Position numbers and translations under genes: made by a program. Shown in pieces: positions 40,564 to 53,503 of a DNA stretch of 64,000 bases. The first letter of the stretch is position 1, and each line of letters opens with the position of its first letter. Source of the DNA: the human T2T-CHM13v2.0 reference genome, Homo sapiens; NCBI RefSeq assembly GCF_009914755.1, contig NC_060936.1. One strand, written 5' to 3'. The notes beneath the pieces were generated by a model. The model made no database searches. It had not been told where the DNA came from and was given only the letters and a program-made list of their open reading frames with translations.

Positions 40564-42094
40564 CCAGCCTTATTTTAACTGAATAAAGGGAAAGGGGCTT
40601 TTTTTTTCATGACCCTGAAGACAGAGGGACTCAGTGCGCCCCCAGTGGCCAGAGGCTGTAGTTACAGGGAAAGCAAGTCGGGTCCCTCTGAGCCTCTGGA
40701 AGAGCCAAGTGGCTGGCTGCTGGAACCATCCAGGAGAAACCAGATTTTCCAGGCTAGAGCTGTTTCCTTTTTCCAGTCTGAGGCTTCCCATGTATTCCTT
40801 TCAACGCAGCACCTCTATGTGCATCCCTGAACCCTATGATCTGAGAAAAGGTAGCCGAACCCCCGACTTTCTCTTTTGCATTGACATTAGCACAGATCTG
40901 AGCCACATGAGTAGTTGCTCATACCATTATCTGCCTTTGGTTGAGAAATTAGAAGGTGCTAGGCACAAACACACGTCATCTTATTTAATCTTTACAAGCC
41001 AGGATCCGGTACTAGGGTCCCCAGTGTTCAGAGGGATTAATTTGTCAAGATCTCACAGTGAGTAGATTCCAGTCTACCTCACTGGAGCCTGGTGCCCGTC
41101 CCCATGGTCTGCACTCCTGGTGTTGAACCTCAGCAGGGGCTGTCCCTGGCCTGCTGAAACAGTTCAGCTGACCAGGAAGTGTGTGTGCGTGGTGTCTTTT
41201 GTACAGTCTCAGCCCCTGGGTCTGACACTCTGATGGTCTTTTAGGGTGCTGGGTTATTTCCTGGGGTTCTATCTGTGCCAAGTTGTGTATCTTTCAGTGA
41301 CACACATCTGTTCAAGCCTTCTGAGTTGGGGAGCAACAGAAAGAGGTGAAGAGAGAAAGCACTCTGGGAAACATGGAAATATTTTTGCAGCCTGATTGTC
41401 TCTGCATGCAACACTAGCAAAGCTGTTTCTGCTCCCTTTCGGTGTCCGAGTCAAGGGGACGAAGAGGCCTGCCCAAGAAGAAGAGGGATGATTTTTCTCT
41501 TTCTGTGGTTGGGGGCAGAAAGGCGATCCGGCTGCCCAAGTGGTTCAGGTCAGGCTTAACTCGGTCTGTGGCCTCTGGCCTGGGGAATGTGCTGAGCTTT
41601 GATTCAGCTAAGCAGTGGCTTGTTGCCCAGGCCTGTGGTCCTCCAAAACACCAGCTGAGGATCCCAAAACTTAGGGCCCTTGTGAACAGGGTGAGTTGTT
41701 GTCACCAGGACTTGCCTTGTCACCACCTATTACATTTTCTGGGGACCCAGCAGCCCCTGGCCTATGGCCACACAGCAGGCGCCTCTTGGCCAAGAGCTCT
41801 GGCATGAAGCTAGGCCTCTCCAACTATTTAATGTTTCATTAGCGGTTTTCTAAAGGCATGGGGCCAAGCCTGGCCGAGCCACACCATTCAGAAGTACGTG
41901 AACACTTCATAAAACCAAACTGTTGAAGGATCCCAAACCCAGGAATCTGGTCACTTGGAGTCCAGGCTGGAGGCCCAGGGCAGGCTGCTGCACTGTCTCA
42001 GCTCTTTCTTGGTCTGGATACTTCTGGGCCACACATCTGTCTCTCAAACTGTTTAGCCTGTTAGTAGTTCTAAACTAACTTCTAAATAGTTTAT

Positions 42095-42254
42095 ATTTGG
42101 GGTTCACCAACCTGTTTTCATATCTGATGAAAGCTTTGGACTTGCCCCAGAAAGAGACATCCATGCACATATGTACAACATTGTGCTTAGAATTGCAAGG
42201 TATTCACAAGCCACACTCTAAAGATCATCAGTGGATCCAAGTGGAGAACCCCTG
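42095..42254 (+). mobile_element. Charlie4z-like hAT MITE
   Basis: tttggggttcacc...atctgatgaaagctttggacttgccccagaaa...gtggatccaagtggagaacccctg. Confidence 0.7.
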
Positions 42255-44086
42255 TGCTAAACCACACTTGCTTCCACACTTAAACTCTGGGGACTGTGGA
42301 GTGTTATCCATCAAGAAGAGTAAACAGGTATTGGGTTTTGTTTTGTTTGGCTTTTTGCTTGTGTCTTGGATTTTGAATCGAAGTCCTTGAGTGGTAGAAT
42401 GGGGGCTAGATCATTAGAATCACTCCAGACTTCACAGGTAAGAGTGGGAGCTCAGTTGAGTGACAGGCCCATCCCAGACACAAAGTCACTCCAGGGCAAT
42501 TATTCAGAGCCCCCAGGAGCTTTCACGCTCTAGGAGCAAGTCAGGTAAGCAGCAGCAACACACGTGCCGCGGAGGCGGCACCTACATTCAGACTCTCATT
42601 GCTCTTGATTGACTGGGTGGCCCTGGACCAGTCCAGAGTCCACGGCTCTGGAAATGGTAATCAGGCTTGTGGTTGCAGGGGAATTTATGTGTACCAAGTG
42701 ACTGGCACAAAACAGAGGCCCAATACACTCAATGCTGGCAGATGATAGACACAGTGGAGCAGCAAAGCTGGTGAGGATGGAAACACCCCATCACCTGTGA
42801 GTGGGATTAGAGCGTCTGCAGAGGGCATCCTGCTGGCTTCCCAAGCCATGAGCCTTCTGATAAATCTTACTGCTCTGTCAGAGCCTCTGATTTAGGGGTA
42901 GGGAGGGGCAGTCAGGAGAAAGCATAGTTAGCTCTCGGGCAGCTAGCTGTGGCAGACAGCGTGCTTTGTCCCTCAGATGAGTCACAACAAGCGCCCTTGG
43001 CAGGCAGGAAGGACTTTGAAGTGTGGTGCCCCAAAGGGCTGGTCCAGGAGGCCCCTGCCTAGCCCCTGGGCCTGTCACTCCTGAATCTCCATCACTGGCC
43101 CGAGGGCAGGCCCAGGCTTGAAATAAACTCAGGCCAAGCTGGAGGCGCAATTAGAAGGAAGAGAGCCATTTGGCTTTTTCCAAAAGGTAAGAAGGAGGAC
43201 TTCTCATTTTTGTGCTTTAAATATCAATGCACTCTTTTGATGCCATTATTTGCATTTTCTGAGTTCCACTGTTCTTGGGCAAAATCCAATAGCCCAGCTC
43301 TGAAGGCCTCTTCCACATACGTGCCCCTCCCCTGGAGAATCCCTCACACCTTCTTTGAGCTACCAGGCCAAGAAAATTGTATTGAGCTTTACCTCGTGAA
43401 GTTTGCATTTTAAAAGCAAGATGTGTTTTTTCATCTCTAAATATAAAGTTTTCACATTGAATAAGCTTTTCCAAACTATATGCCCTTCATCTGGATACTC
43501 TGTGGAAGCAAAGGGCAGCATGGCTGGGTGGTGCTGAGTCGGGCAGAGCTCTGGTCTGTGCATCGGGAGACTGGCCACTCACCAGATGACTTCTGGGAGC
43601 CACCATTCCTTATCTGAAAGCTGGACAGCTGGGGGCCTCCATACCTTACATCCTGCCCACCTTCCACAGAGTTGTCATCATTGACTGAGTTATGTCTAGA
43701 GAAGCACTTTGAAATGCTTCTCCAGCATTCCAGGTCAGAACAGGGTGGCCTACCCCACCCAAAGCTGCAGAAAGAGAGGGGAGCGTGGGTCCAGGGGAGA
43801 GGATGTGTGGGGTCTAAAGATGCCCAAGACAGTTCCTGGTGAGACAGCCCAAAGGAGGCAGCAGGCTAGAAACTTGCAGAGGAACAAGGAAGCTGTGACA
43901 CCTTCTTACCTGGGGACCTCAGGACAGGAAGAAATCATGAAACATTCTTACTGGGAAAGCCAGAGGAGCTTTCCTAGTATTTTTGTTATTGGTAACAGCT
44001 GTGAGGTGCCCCCTCAGTGCCCTGGCAACTGTCATTGTCACAGACCCCAGGAACATGGGGCTTTGGGTACAGTTTGACCCTCTCCC

Positions 44087-44884
44087 TGAGATGGAAGATC
44101 TCCCTTAACACCTCCCCCCGGGGACTTGAGACAGGGGTGGCTCCTTTGCTCGGCTGCTGCACTCTAACCCTTTGTGGGAAGGGGAGCATGCAGGTGAGTG
44201 GGTGCAGGAGGCAGGGCAAGTGCTCTTGGGCTTTGGCAGGAATGAACCCCATACCTGCCCACAACAATGTCTAGTGGTTGCCTGTGACCTCTAGAGCCTC
44301 AGAGGGTGTGAGTTACAAACAGTGCTCCTTTAGTATTTTCCATCCGTGGATGACTAAATGTTAAACCAGGTCAGTGGAGGATCAGGGCGACAGCCTTTTA
44401 CCCCCTGTCCTCTTGGTGCCTGGGTTCTTGTCCGGGATCTAGGAAGAATCAGGTCACACAGATGTGAAGGATGGTGAATGCAAAGATTTTATTGAGTGGT
44501 GGAAATAGCTCTCAGTAGGATGGGGAGCTTGAAAGGGGATGGAGTGGGAAGATAATCTTCCTCTGGAGTTCAGCCATCCTCAGCCAAATTCCTGTCCAAC
44601 CATCCCCGGCTGAACTCCTCTCTGACCATAGTCTCTGATGTCCAGCTGCCTCTTCTCCTCTCAATGTTCAGACACCTCTTCTCTTCTCTCCTTCTCTGCC
44701 ACGCTGCTCTGCTCCTCTGCCAGCGGAGCTTGGGGTTTTCATGGGAGCATGGTGAGCCAAAAGGCAACATTTGGGCAGGAAAACAGGGATGTGAAGTTTT
44801 CATTTAGGGCCATGGGTCCAGGCTTGGGGGTGGAACCCTTGCCAGGGACCCCACTCTTTTCTTCCCTGCCTCCTGGCCATATCA
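44087..44884 (-). mobile_element. ERV1 solo LTR (LTR27/LTR28/MER52 group), ~800 bp
   Basis: TG...CA termini (tgagatgg ... catatca), 4-bp TSD tccc on both sides, tttatt (minus-strand AATAAA) near 44488, ccaaaaggcaacatttgggcaggaaaacaggg...catttagggcc. Confidence 0.85.
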
Positions 44885-45184
44885 TCCCCATGGGTTTACT
44901 GCATCTTATTAAAGAACTACTCACAATGACCTCAGATCATTAATAACTCAGCATCTGAACTCTGACTTCCTGTCTCCTGCTTTTTGGATATATTAATGCC
45001 AATGTGTCTGCCTGTATGCACCAGGGGTTTGATTCCCCCTTGCAAGGTTTTTAGGAGATTTAGACAGTGAGTCTTACAACAGCTGTGCCCAGTTTTTAAA
45101 GATCTCGCCTCCTGGAGGTGAAAGCAAGGGGGGTGTATTCCTAAAACTATATCACCAACAGTGTGAAGGGCCTGGTACTTTGCA

Positions 45185-45330
45185 TTATCTCATTTATTCC
45201 TCACTACACCACCATGGTGTGGATAATATTAAATCCATTTTACACAGCTAAGAACTGAGGCTCGGGAAAGTTAAATAACATGGATCACTGGTGGACCAGG
45301 ACTCAACTCCAGCCTGTGGAGCTCTAGAAA
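45185..45330 (-). mobile_element. MIR SINE
   Basis: tgcattatctcatttattcctcac...ccattttacac...aactgaggctcgggaaagttaaataac. Confidence 0.75.
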
Positions 45331-46499
45331 CCAGGTCATTCCTTCGTGCCCTATTGCCTCTCTCTGAATGCAAAGGCTAAAGCAGAGTGAGGAACTCAGC
45401 AATGAGTAATGGCTCATTGTGAAGTGGACTCCAGGTGGTGCCTACGGGGCAGGGGCTTATGTGCCCATAACTGACTCCATCTACCTACCAAGTTCTCATT
45501 AGGGTCAAAGCATGCGATCAGAGTCAGAGGCTGGGTTTGAGAACCTGCTCCTTTTACCGAATAATTTCATCCCCATGCTGTACGAGCAAACTTGACTTTG
45601 CTGACCTTATCTGTAGCATGAAAACCCACACAGGGCTGCTACGAATACAGAACGAGATAATGCAAATAACGTGCTTAGCATGGCATCTTCTCTGAACACC
45701 TCAGGTTGGCTTAGGGTCTCCCATTCTGTGCCCCCACAGCACTCTCTGCCTCCCTTGAAGCATTCTTCCCTCTTATTTATCCATCTGCTTCCAAGCTACC
45801 TAATCTCAGGGGCCCCATCTGGCCTGCTCACCACTGAGTGCACGGCCCTGACAGTGCCTGACACCTGGGCAGAGATGTACACCTCTAATGCTGATCTGCT
45901 GACTGGTGACCACGGAAGGAGGCACAGCAGCTACAGCTATTGTTACTGCTTCCTTCCTCCCCCAAATATACTTGATGCTTCAGTGGCATCTCCCTCCTGC
46001 CCTCCCCATGCCAGGCACCTCCATCCTCATCCTCTGAGCCTTTTCTCCCAAGTCCCCTTCTCCCAAGTCCCCTTCTCCCCACTGCCCTCAGACCCCCTCC
46101 CCATCTCGGCCTAGAAGCCCCCCAAGGCTTGGTCCTCCCTTCAGTCTCTCCCAGCTCCTGCCCACAGCCTTCTCAGAATAACTGGATGGCTCTTAGTGAC
46201 ACCTCAGGGTCTGGAAGAGGCCAGAATTATTCTGATACTACTGCATGTATGTTTTTGAGTCTCCAGTCCTTGTTGGTGTGCTGGGCCTCTGTGGCAGGGG
46301 TGGGAACCTGTGTCCCCTGCCCCCTGCCCAGGCCCAGTGCCAGGCTGCGCACAGAGGAGGCTTCAGGATGAGTCTGTTGGGCAGCAGCCAGGGTGCCCAC
46401 AGTTAAGTTTCAAGGGAGGACTTCAGCTGCACCTTTAAAGAAAAAAATTATTATGCTCACATTCATTTCACACCCTTGTGACAAAGGACACATTTCCAC

Positions 46500-46645
46500 G
46501 ACCTCATCTGATCATCATCAACCAACCTATGAGGTCAGCAGGTAGGACAGGTCTCCCCTTTGAACAGATGGGGAAACTTAGTCACAGAGTATAACATTAT
46601 AGAGCTAGCAGACAGGAGAGCAACCACAGATCTGGGTGGGGCATC
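46500..46645 (-). mobile_element. MIR SINE
   Basis: ctcatctgatcatcatcaaccaacctatgagg...acagatggggaaacttagtcacagag. Confidence 0.65.
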
Positions 46646-46669
46646 CATGATGGTCAAGAACAAACCCGA

Positions 46670-46890
46670 GAGCCAGACTGGCTGGTGTGATTCCCAGCTC
46701 TTCCACTTATAGCTTTGTTTCCTTGGCAAATTACTTAACCTCCCTATGCCTCAGTTTTCCCTTCTTTAAAATGGACATAATACTTAGTTCATAGGCTCAT
46801 TATGAGGAATAAGTGAGTTATGATCTTCAAAGCAAGTATTAACTGATTACGTGCCTGGCAGCTAGTAAGCACTGAATGTTGTAAAATAAT
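46670..46890 (+). mobile_element. MIR SINE
   Basis: cccagctcttccactta...ccttggcaaattacttaacctccctatgcctcagttttc...gtgcctggcagctagtaagcact. Confidence 0.8.
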
Positions 46891-47574
46891 GCAACCTAGA
46901 CATGCATATGGAGTTCTTTACACTATGTCCTCTCCTTTTGTACACTTCTGAACACATCCACAATGAGAAGGAAGGGAGTAAAGTGTCACCTATTTTTCTG
47001 TTACTTAAGGAAGGCTCTAGATATGGCATGAGCCTCTGACAATGGGATGAGGACCTCATTCTTTAAAACTTTCGTTAAACATGGTGAATTTCCTTTATAC
47101 ATGAACATTGTAGGTTCATGCCTCTTGGCAGAGAAGATGAATACAAGCTGAATTACAGTATCTCAATAAGATGGCAGTGTTTATTGCAAATGCTGCAACA
47201 TCCTGCTTGAGAAAACTTTGATTTGTAGTCTGGTTCTATGACTCCACCAAAGCTAGACAATTATCCAAGCAGCACCTGACCTTTTTGACTGTTTATCTTA
47301 TTGGCTGGCAGTGGTCCAGGCCTTTAATATTATGCTTCTCCTCTTGTTCCTGGAGCTTTGAGAAAGATAATGAAATGAGTTGAGCGCCACGTGCAACGTG
47401 GCTGGCTAGGAGACTCTGCTGGATAGTGCAATTGGAAGGGACACCTCCGTGTGCTTCCAGGGGCCTGGGCCAGACCTGACTGGGAGCTCTAGAGAACAGA
47501 AGCCCACCAGCTGGAAGAGGCAGGCAGGAGGTGGCACTGCAGGCGGTGTGAATGTGAACAGCAAAGGGTTTGCT

Positions 47575-47705
47575 GTCCCAGGCCTCACTCTGCCACTTGC
47601 TGCTGTGTGACCCTAAGCAAAGCCTTTAACCTCTCTGAGTCTCAGTAGTCCTATCTGTGAAATGAGAATTTTAATGCTGGCTCTGACGACTTCACATGTG
47701 AAACT
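47575..47705 (+). mobile_element. MIR SINE
   Basis: ctctgccacttgctgctgtgtgaccctaagcaa...ttaacctctctgagtctcagt...tctgtgaaatgag. Confidence 0.75.
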
Positions 47706-49049
47706 GACCTATAAATCTTCAAGTGCACACTGATGTTGTTGTAATCTGGAGATAAGCAGCAATCTACTAGCAATAGCCTTGCATCGCCATTCAGCTTTCA
47801 TCCTCCGAACCAGACTTGTAGGCCCCCAGTGCCAGTGGGAGCCCTGGTGGTCTGGTCTCACGGTCAACAGGAAGGTCTGCTGTGCCACCGCCACCACCAC
47901 TAGAACATCGCTCCCTTCAAGGATTTATTCCTTAGGTTATGATTTAAGCCATATCAATTATAATACCTTAGGAATAATAGGTCCATTAATTTTTTTCCTA
48001 CCTATTTGACCCTCTGCTATGAGCAAGGTTATTTGCTTTGTTTTGCTTTTGTTTTTGGGTAGGGATGCGAGCTGAAAGAGATAGACAGATCATGAGGATC
48101 TTCAAGTTAGGGGCATTAGAATAGCACTGTGGGGCAGGGCAGAGGGACTTGTGTGTGTAGGCAGCAGCACACAGATACGGGGCTAGGACGTAGGCCTGGA
48201 GTGATGAGGGTCAACCACAGTCTTCCCAACATTTCCTGGAGGTCAACCTGCTTTTAACAGCCTTCATTCTTTTCCAACTAGTGTCTCGCTGCCCTGCCCC
48301 AAAATCAAGGTGAAGCAGATACTACTCCAGGCCAAAGACACATCTCCTATGACTGACCTTCTGGTCTTGGCCACACAGCTGACTAGCTGCTTGTGTCATT
48401 GGACGAGTGACTTCCCCTCTTGTGTCAAGGTGCGCTGCAGAGGGATGGCGTTGGAGGCAGGAGTGAGCGCGGAGCTGTGAGGACCCAGGGAGGAGGGTTT
48501 AGAAGTCAAGGAGGAAGCTGCAGGCACGTGACTCCTGCACTGGCCTCACCTCTCACCAGCTCTGCAAGGCCCGGAGCTGCCATCCCAAGGCTGCTTTTCC
48601 TTTCCTTTCTTTTTTTAAAATTCTTTAATTAAACTTTTTTGATTAAGTGACAGCTTTTACCACTCCTGGCAGCTGCTGCGAGACAAGATAATTTATAGAT
48701 GCATTGACACTATATGATTAGGAAAGTACAGTAAATAACAGATGAGAAGATGACTCGTGCAACCTGCAGGGCCCCTCCTCCATCTCTCCAGTCCAGCCCC
48801 CACCATCTCCCAGTGAGCCCCAGGTAGACGTCTGCCACATCACTCAGGGGCTGCGTGGAGCACTCGGTGCCTTTCCCACCACAAGATGACGAAGATGTGG
48901 TGTTGACAGACTGCTGGTGTCCGTGGACCACAGCTCTGCTCTGGGGCCCCAGGGACTTTCTCAGAGATGCCTGTTTCCACCTAGAGGAAAGACTTAATGA
49001 TTCTCACCCTTGAAAGTGTGTACAGAAATCCTCTAGTCAGAATGTCCTT

Positions 49050-49222
49050 GCTGTGTACCAGGGCACACTGTGGGCTCCGTCCAGCCAGGCAGGGCCTGGA
49101 CTCAGGATCCCCTAGGCTGGTCACCTCTGGTTGTGGGCGCTTCATCCATTTCCCTGTGGATGCCATAAAAGCACTGTCCCTTTCTCTGTGTGCCACACTA
49201 TGGAAAAGGTTGAGAATCACCG
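49050..49222 (-). mobile_element. Charlie15a-like hAT element
   Basis: ccaggcagggcctgg...ggtcacctctggttgtgggcgcttcatccattt...tgtgtgccacactatggaaaaggttgagaatcac. Confidence 0.6.
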
Positions 49223-52200
49223 CTAGTCCACTCCGGGGCCTGTAGCAAGGAGAGTAATTGAAGTGCCCCGGGAAACTCGAGCCGTGTCCTTAGCTCTTCA
49301 GCACTGCCGGAGCCCCATGCTCCTCAGGAATGAGCCCCTGGCCTTTTCCTCACAGTAACTAAGAGCGCTCATGGGGGCAGCCTAGCCTGTCTTTCTGGGT
49401 GAAGCACATCTCCTCCTGTCCTCTTGTCTACCCTAACATTCCACGTGTTCCTTTCTCAGGGTAAAGGCCACCCTCTTCTTAGGAGCCCCGCACCCAAGCC
49501 AGGCATTTTGCATGGGAAGCAGTGCCCTGTGTACTTACAATCAGTATTGTCTAGGCAAGATTAAATCAGTGACATTCAACCGTATACAATCCTGCATGAT
49601 CAGACGATTTGTTGGAAGGCAGGATTCGAGTTCCTCTCAGAAGCTGGCTTGCTGTGCACGCCTCTCCTAACATGGACTCTCCTCAAGTGCCCAGGCAGAA
49701 AGCGGCCAGCTCCCAGCCAGATGCATGGGGGGCCCTGGGTTCCAGAAGATCAAGTGGCCAAGCACATGAAGACAAATAGTTTGTCTCGTCAGCTTCTGGG
49801 GGTCACTTGTTCACATGGGAAGAAACCAAGCAGTGGAGGTTACCATAGAAAGATTACACAGCCAAAGTTTGTGGCTGGATTTTTTTTGTGGCTTTTCTTT
49901 GTGAAGAGTTAAGCATGAAGGACCGAGGGTATCCAGGAAGAAGAGTAGCTTTGGGATTATCAGGAAGGATCCACGTACATGTTTCTGACTTCTTCTCAAA
50001 TTGCCTGGAGCAGTGCACAGGACATAGTAGATCTTTCCATAAACACTGCTAAACTGCACAAGGAACTTATTCTGTTAAGGGAGCTCCCTACCTCTGTTTC
50101 CCCACCTGACAGGCATGCTAGTTTAGACTCCTTCGAGGATAACTCGGCTACTCCCTGTGGGATATCTGGAAAGAATACGGACGGGATATAGATACATTCT
50201 ACTGATCCAAGTCACTTTAAATTTTTTAAAAATTTTAAATAATTATAGGTTCATAGGAAGTTTCAAAGGTAGCACAGAGGCAGTGCCCTTCACCCAGTTT
50301 CCCCCAATAGTCACACCATATGTACATAACGATGGCACAGTATCAAAACCAGGAAACTGACTTTGGAACAACGTGCATGTATAGTTCTGTGTTGTTTTAT
50401 CATATGTAGGTTCATGTGACCACTGCCGCAGATGCAGAACAGTTCCTTCGCTATGGAGATCTTCCCCGTGTGCACATTTAGACACACCCACCCTTCCTCC
50501 TCATCATCCCTAACCCCTGGCAACTACTTATTTGTTCTCCATCTCTATAATTTTGTCATTTCAAGAATGTTATATAAATGGCTTTTCTTGCGTTTCTGTG
50601 GATTCGTTGAACATTTTTTAGAACTCCATTTTTATCTACCTCTAGTGTTTTTGAGTATATCTCTTCGTGTAGCTGTTTTGTGGTTGCTCTAAGTATTACA
50701 TTATATATACATAATTTATCAGTCTACTGGTACTACTTTTTTCCAGCCCAAATGAAGTGTGTCTGTCTCACTTTTATCCTCACCCATTTATGATAGAATT
50801 GCCTTAGGTATTTCCTCCACACACATGAGAAATGCATGTGTTACGATTTTTGCTTCAACTGTCAAAATTTAGAAAACTCTAGAGGAGACAGAAAGTGTAT
50901 TCATTTGCCCATATTCTTGCTCTTTCTGTTCTTCCTTACTTCCTGATAACCCAAGATTCCTTAAAAAAATCATTTCCTTTCTGCTTAGAGAACTTCCTTT
51001 TGCCATTCTTTTAGTGTAGGTCTGTTGGTGACCAAGTCTATTAGTTTTCTTTCATCTGTGAAAATACCTTTATTTCCCCTTCATTTGTGAAGAATATTTG
51101 CACTGGATATATAATTTGGTTGACACTTTCCTTCATTAGGCACTTGCAAAATGGTATGCTACCTCTTTCTAATACTCCTGGTTTCTGATGAGAAATATGC
51201 TGTCATTTGAATTATTTTCCCCCCTGGGCAAGGTGACATTTCCCTTGCACTACTCTCAAGATATTTTCTTTGACTTTGGTTTTCAAGGGTTTGACTGTGA
51301 TATATCTTGGTGTGGATTTCTTTGGGCTTATCCTATTTTGGCTTCACTGAGCTTCTTGAATCTGTAGGTTTATGTCTTTTGCTAAGAAATTTTCAGCCAT
51401 TATTTCTTTGAGTACTTTTTCAGCCCCATCCTCCTCTTTCTCTCCTTCTGGAACTCTGATGACATGGATGTTAGAGCATTTGTTATAATCCCACAGGCCA
51501 CCCAACTCTGCTCACTTTTTAAAGATTATTTTCTCTCCATTCCTTATATTAGGTAATTTCTATTATTCTACCTTCAAGTTCATTGATTCCTTCCTTCGTT
51601 GTCTATAATCTACTATTGAGCCCATTCATTGAGTTTTGAAATTTCATTTATTGTTCTTTTTACTTTTAAAATGTTCATTTAGCCTTCTTTATGTCTTCCA
51701 TTTTTTTACTGAGGCTCTGTTTCTTTGCTGAGACTTTCTGCATTTCCACGGTTTCAAGCCTGCTTGTAATTGCTTGTTGCAGCATTTTACAGTAGCCACC
51801 TAAACATTTTTGTCAGATAATTCTAACATCTGGGTTATCTCAGTGCTAGTGTCATCCAAGTGCCTTTTCTCATTCAAGTTGGTGCTTTCCTGTTCTTGGT
51901 ATGAGGAATGATTTCCAATTGGAACCTGGATGTTCTGGGTATTATGCAGCTCCGGATGTTATCTGAAGCCTTCCCTTACAGCTGCTTTCCTTTGCCACTG
52001 ACCCAGCAGGGAGGAGGGATGCCACCATCTTGCTATTCCAGTAAGGGTGGAAGTCAGGTTCCCACTCGGCCCCCATCAGCACTCAGTGAGGCAGGGCCTC
52101 CTCATTACTGCTGGCGTGGCTCAGGCTCACTGCCAGACCTCTGCTGATACCACCCTGGCTGGAGGCAGAGGGGAGCCTCGTTACTGCCTCACCGACACCG

Positions 52201-52333
52201 CAGCGAGGGAGAGGCCTCATTACCACATGGTGAATGTCCTGGCGCTCCCTTAGACCTCCTCTGACACCACTTCGGCAGGGAAAGGGGGGCACACCTCATT
52301 ACTGCCTAGTTGGGGTGGAAGTTCAGTTTTCTC

Positions 52334-52848
52334 ACATCGTCTCCACCGACACCATGTGGGTACTGGGGAGCCTCATCATGACCCAGTGGGAAGGAACGTC
52401 CTTTTGATAATAGCCGTCCTGATAAGTGTGCAGTGGACATCGTCTCCACCGACACCATGTGGGTACTGGGGAGCTTCATCATGACCCAGTGGGAAGGAAC
52501 GTCCTTTTGATAATAGCCGTCCTGATAAGTGTGCAGTGGACATCGTCTCCACCGACACCATGTGGGTACTGGGGAGCCTCATCATGACCCAGTGGGAAGG
52601 AACGTCCTTTTGATAATAGCCGTCCTGATAAGTGTGCAGTGGACATCGTCTCCACCGACACCATGTGGGTACTGGGGAGCCTCATCATGACCCAGTGGGA
52701 AGGAACGTCCTTTTGATAATAGCCGTCCTGATAAGTGTGCGGTGGACATCGTCTCCACTGACACCATGTGGGTACTGGGGAGCCTCATCATGACCCAGTG
52801 GGAAGGAATGTCCTTTTGATAATAGCCGTCCTGATAAGTGTGCAGTGG
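52334..52848 (+). repeat. VNTR-like tandem repeat, 5 x 103 bp, near-identical
   Basis: Unit acatcgtctccaccgacaccatgtgggtactggggagcctcatcatgacccagtgggaaggaacgtccttttgataatagccgtcctgataagtgtgcagtgg at 52334, 52437, 52540, 52643, 52746; I counted 4 substitutions in total. Confidence 0.99.
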
Positions 52849-53149
52849 TATTGATTTGCATTTCCCTAATGACTAGTGATGTCGAGCATCTTTTCATGTG
52901 CATATTGGCCATTTGTAGATCTTTAGAGAAATGTCTATTCAAATCCTTTGCTTATTTTTATATTAAGACAGAAAATGTTAGACAATAACTATTCTCCTCC
53001 AGCCAAACACCACAAGAAACACTGCGGCTTCACCCACTCTTCCCCCAGCAAAGGCCAAGTGGGGAACCTCAACGTCCATCCTCATCAGGCTGTAACAAGG
53101 CACCCCAACTCTTTTGCCGGGGTGGCATCAAGACAGGTGGGGAACCAGG

Positions 53150-53503
53150 AATTTCCAACACACGCTACAACATGGGTGAACCTTGAAAACATTATGCTAA
53201 GTAAAATAAGCCAGACACAAAAGAACAAATATTACATGGTTCCACTTACGTGAGGTACCCAGACTAGGCAAATTCACAGAGACAAAGAGTAGAATTGTAG
53301 TTTCCAGGGATTGGAGGGAAGGGATCATGGGGATTTATTATTTATTAAATACAGAGTTTCAGTTTGGGAGGATGAAAAAGCTCAGGAGATGGGTGGTGAT
53401 AATTGCACAACAATGTAAATGTGCTTAATGCCACTGAATGCTACACTTAAAAATGGCTAACGCAGTAAATTTTATGTTATGTATATTTTACCACAGTTTT
53501 ACA
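53150..53503 (+). mobile_element. L1MB 3' end inserted into the older L1
   Basis: gctacaacatgggtgaaccttgaaaacattatgctaagt...cttaatgccactgaa...aaattttatgttatgtatattttaccaca. Confidence 0.9.

Noticed and set aside
40634-40652. CTCF site (gcgcccccagtggcc; also 57575)
   Set aside because: One to two bases short of the fixed-length CTCF core, so several key positions mismatch on alignment.
46043-46079. 15-bp x2.5 tandem repeat (ttctcccaagtcccc)
   Set aside because: Real but ordinary slippage in a pyrimidine-rich tract, with no sign of function.
49298-49320. REST/RE1 site (ttcagcact...)
   Set aside because: Only the left half matches; the GGACAG half is absent.
52376-52942. Three identical 69-aa ORFs suggesting a tandem gene cluster
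   Set aside because: Artefact of the 103-bp tandem repeat shifting frame with each unit. The MNRHFSK...[15 protein letters not shown] start is decayed L1 ORF2.
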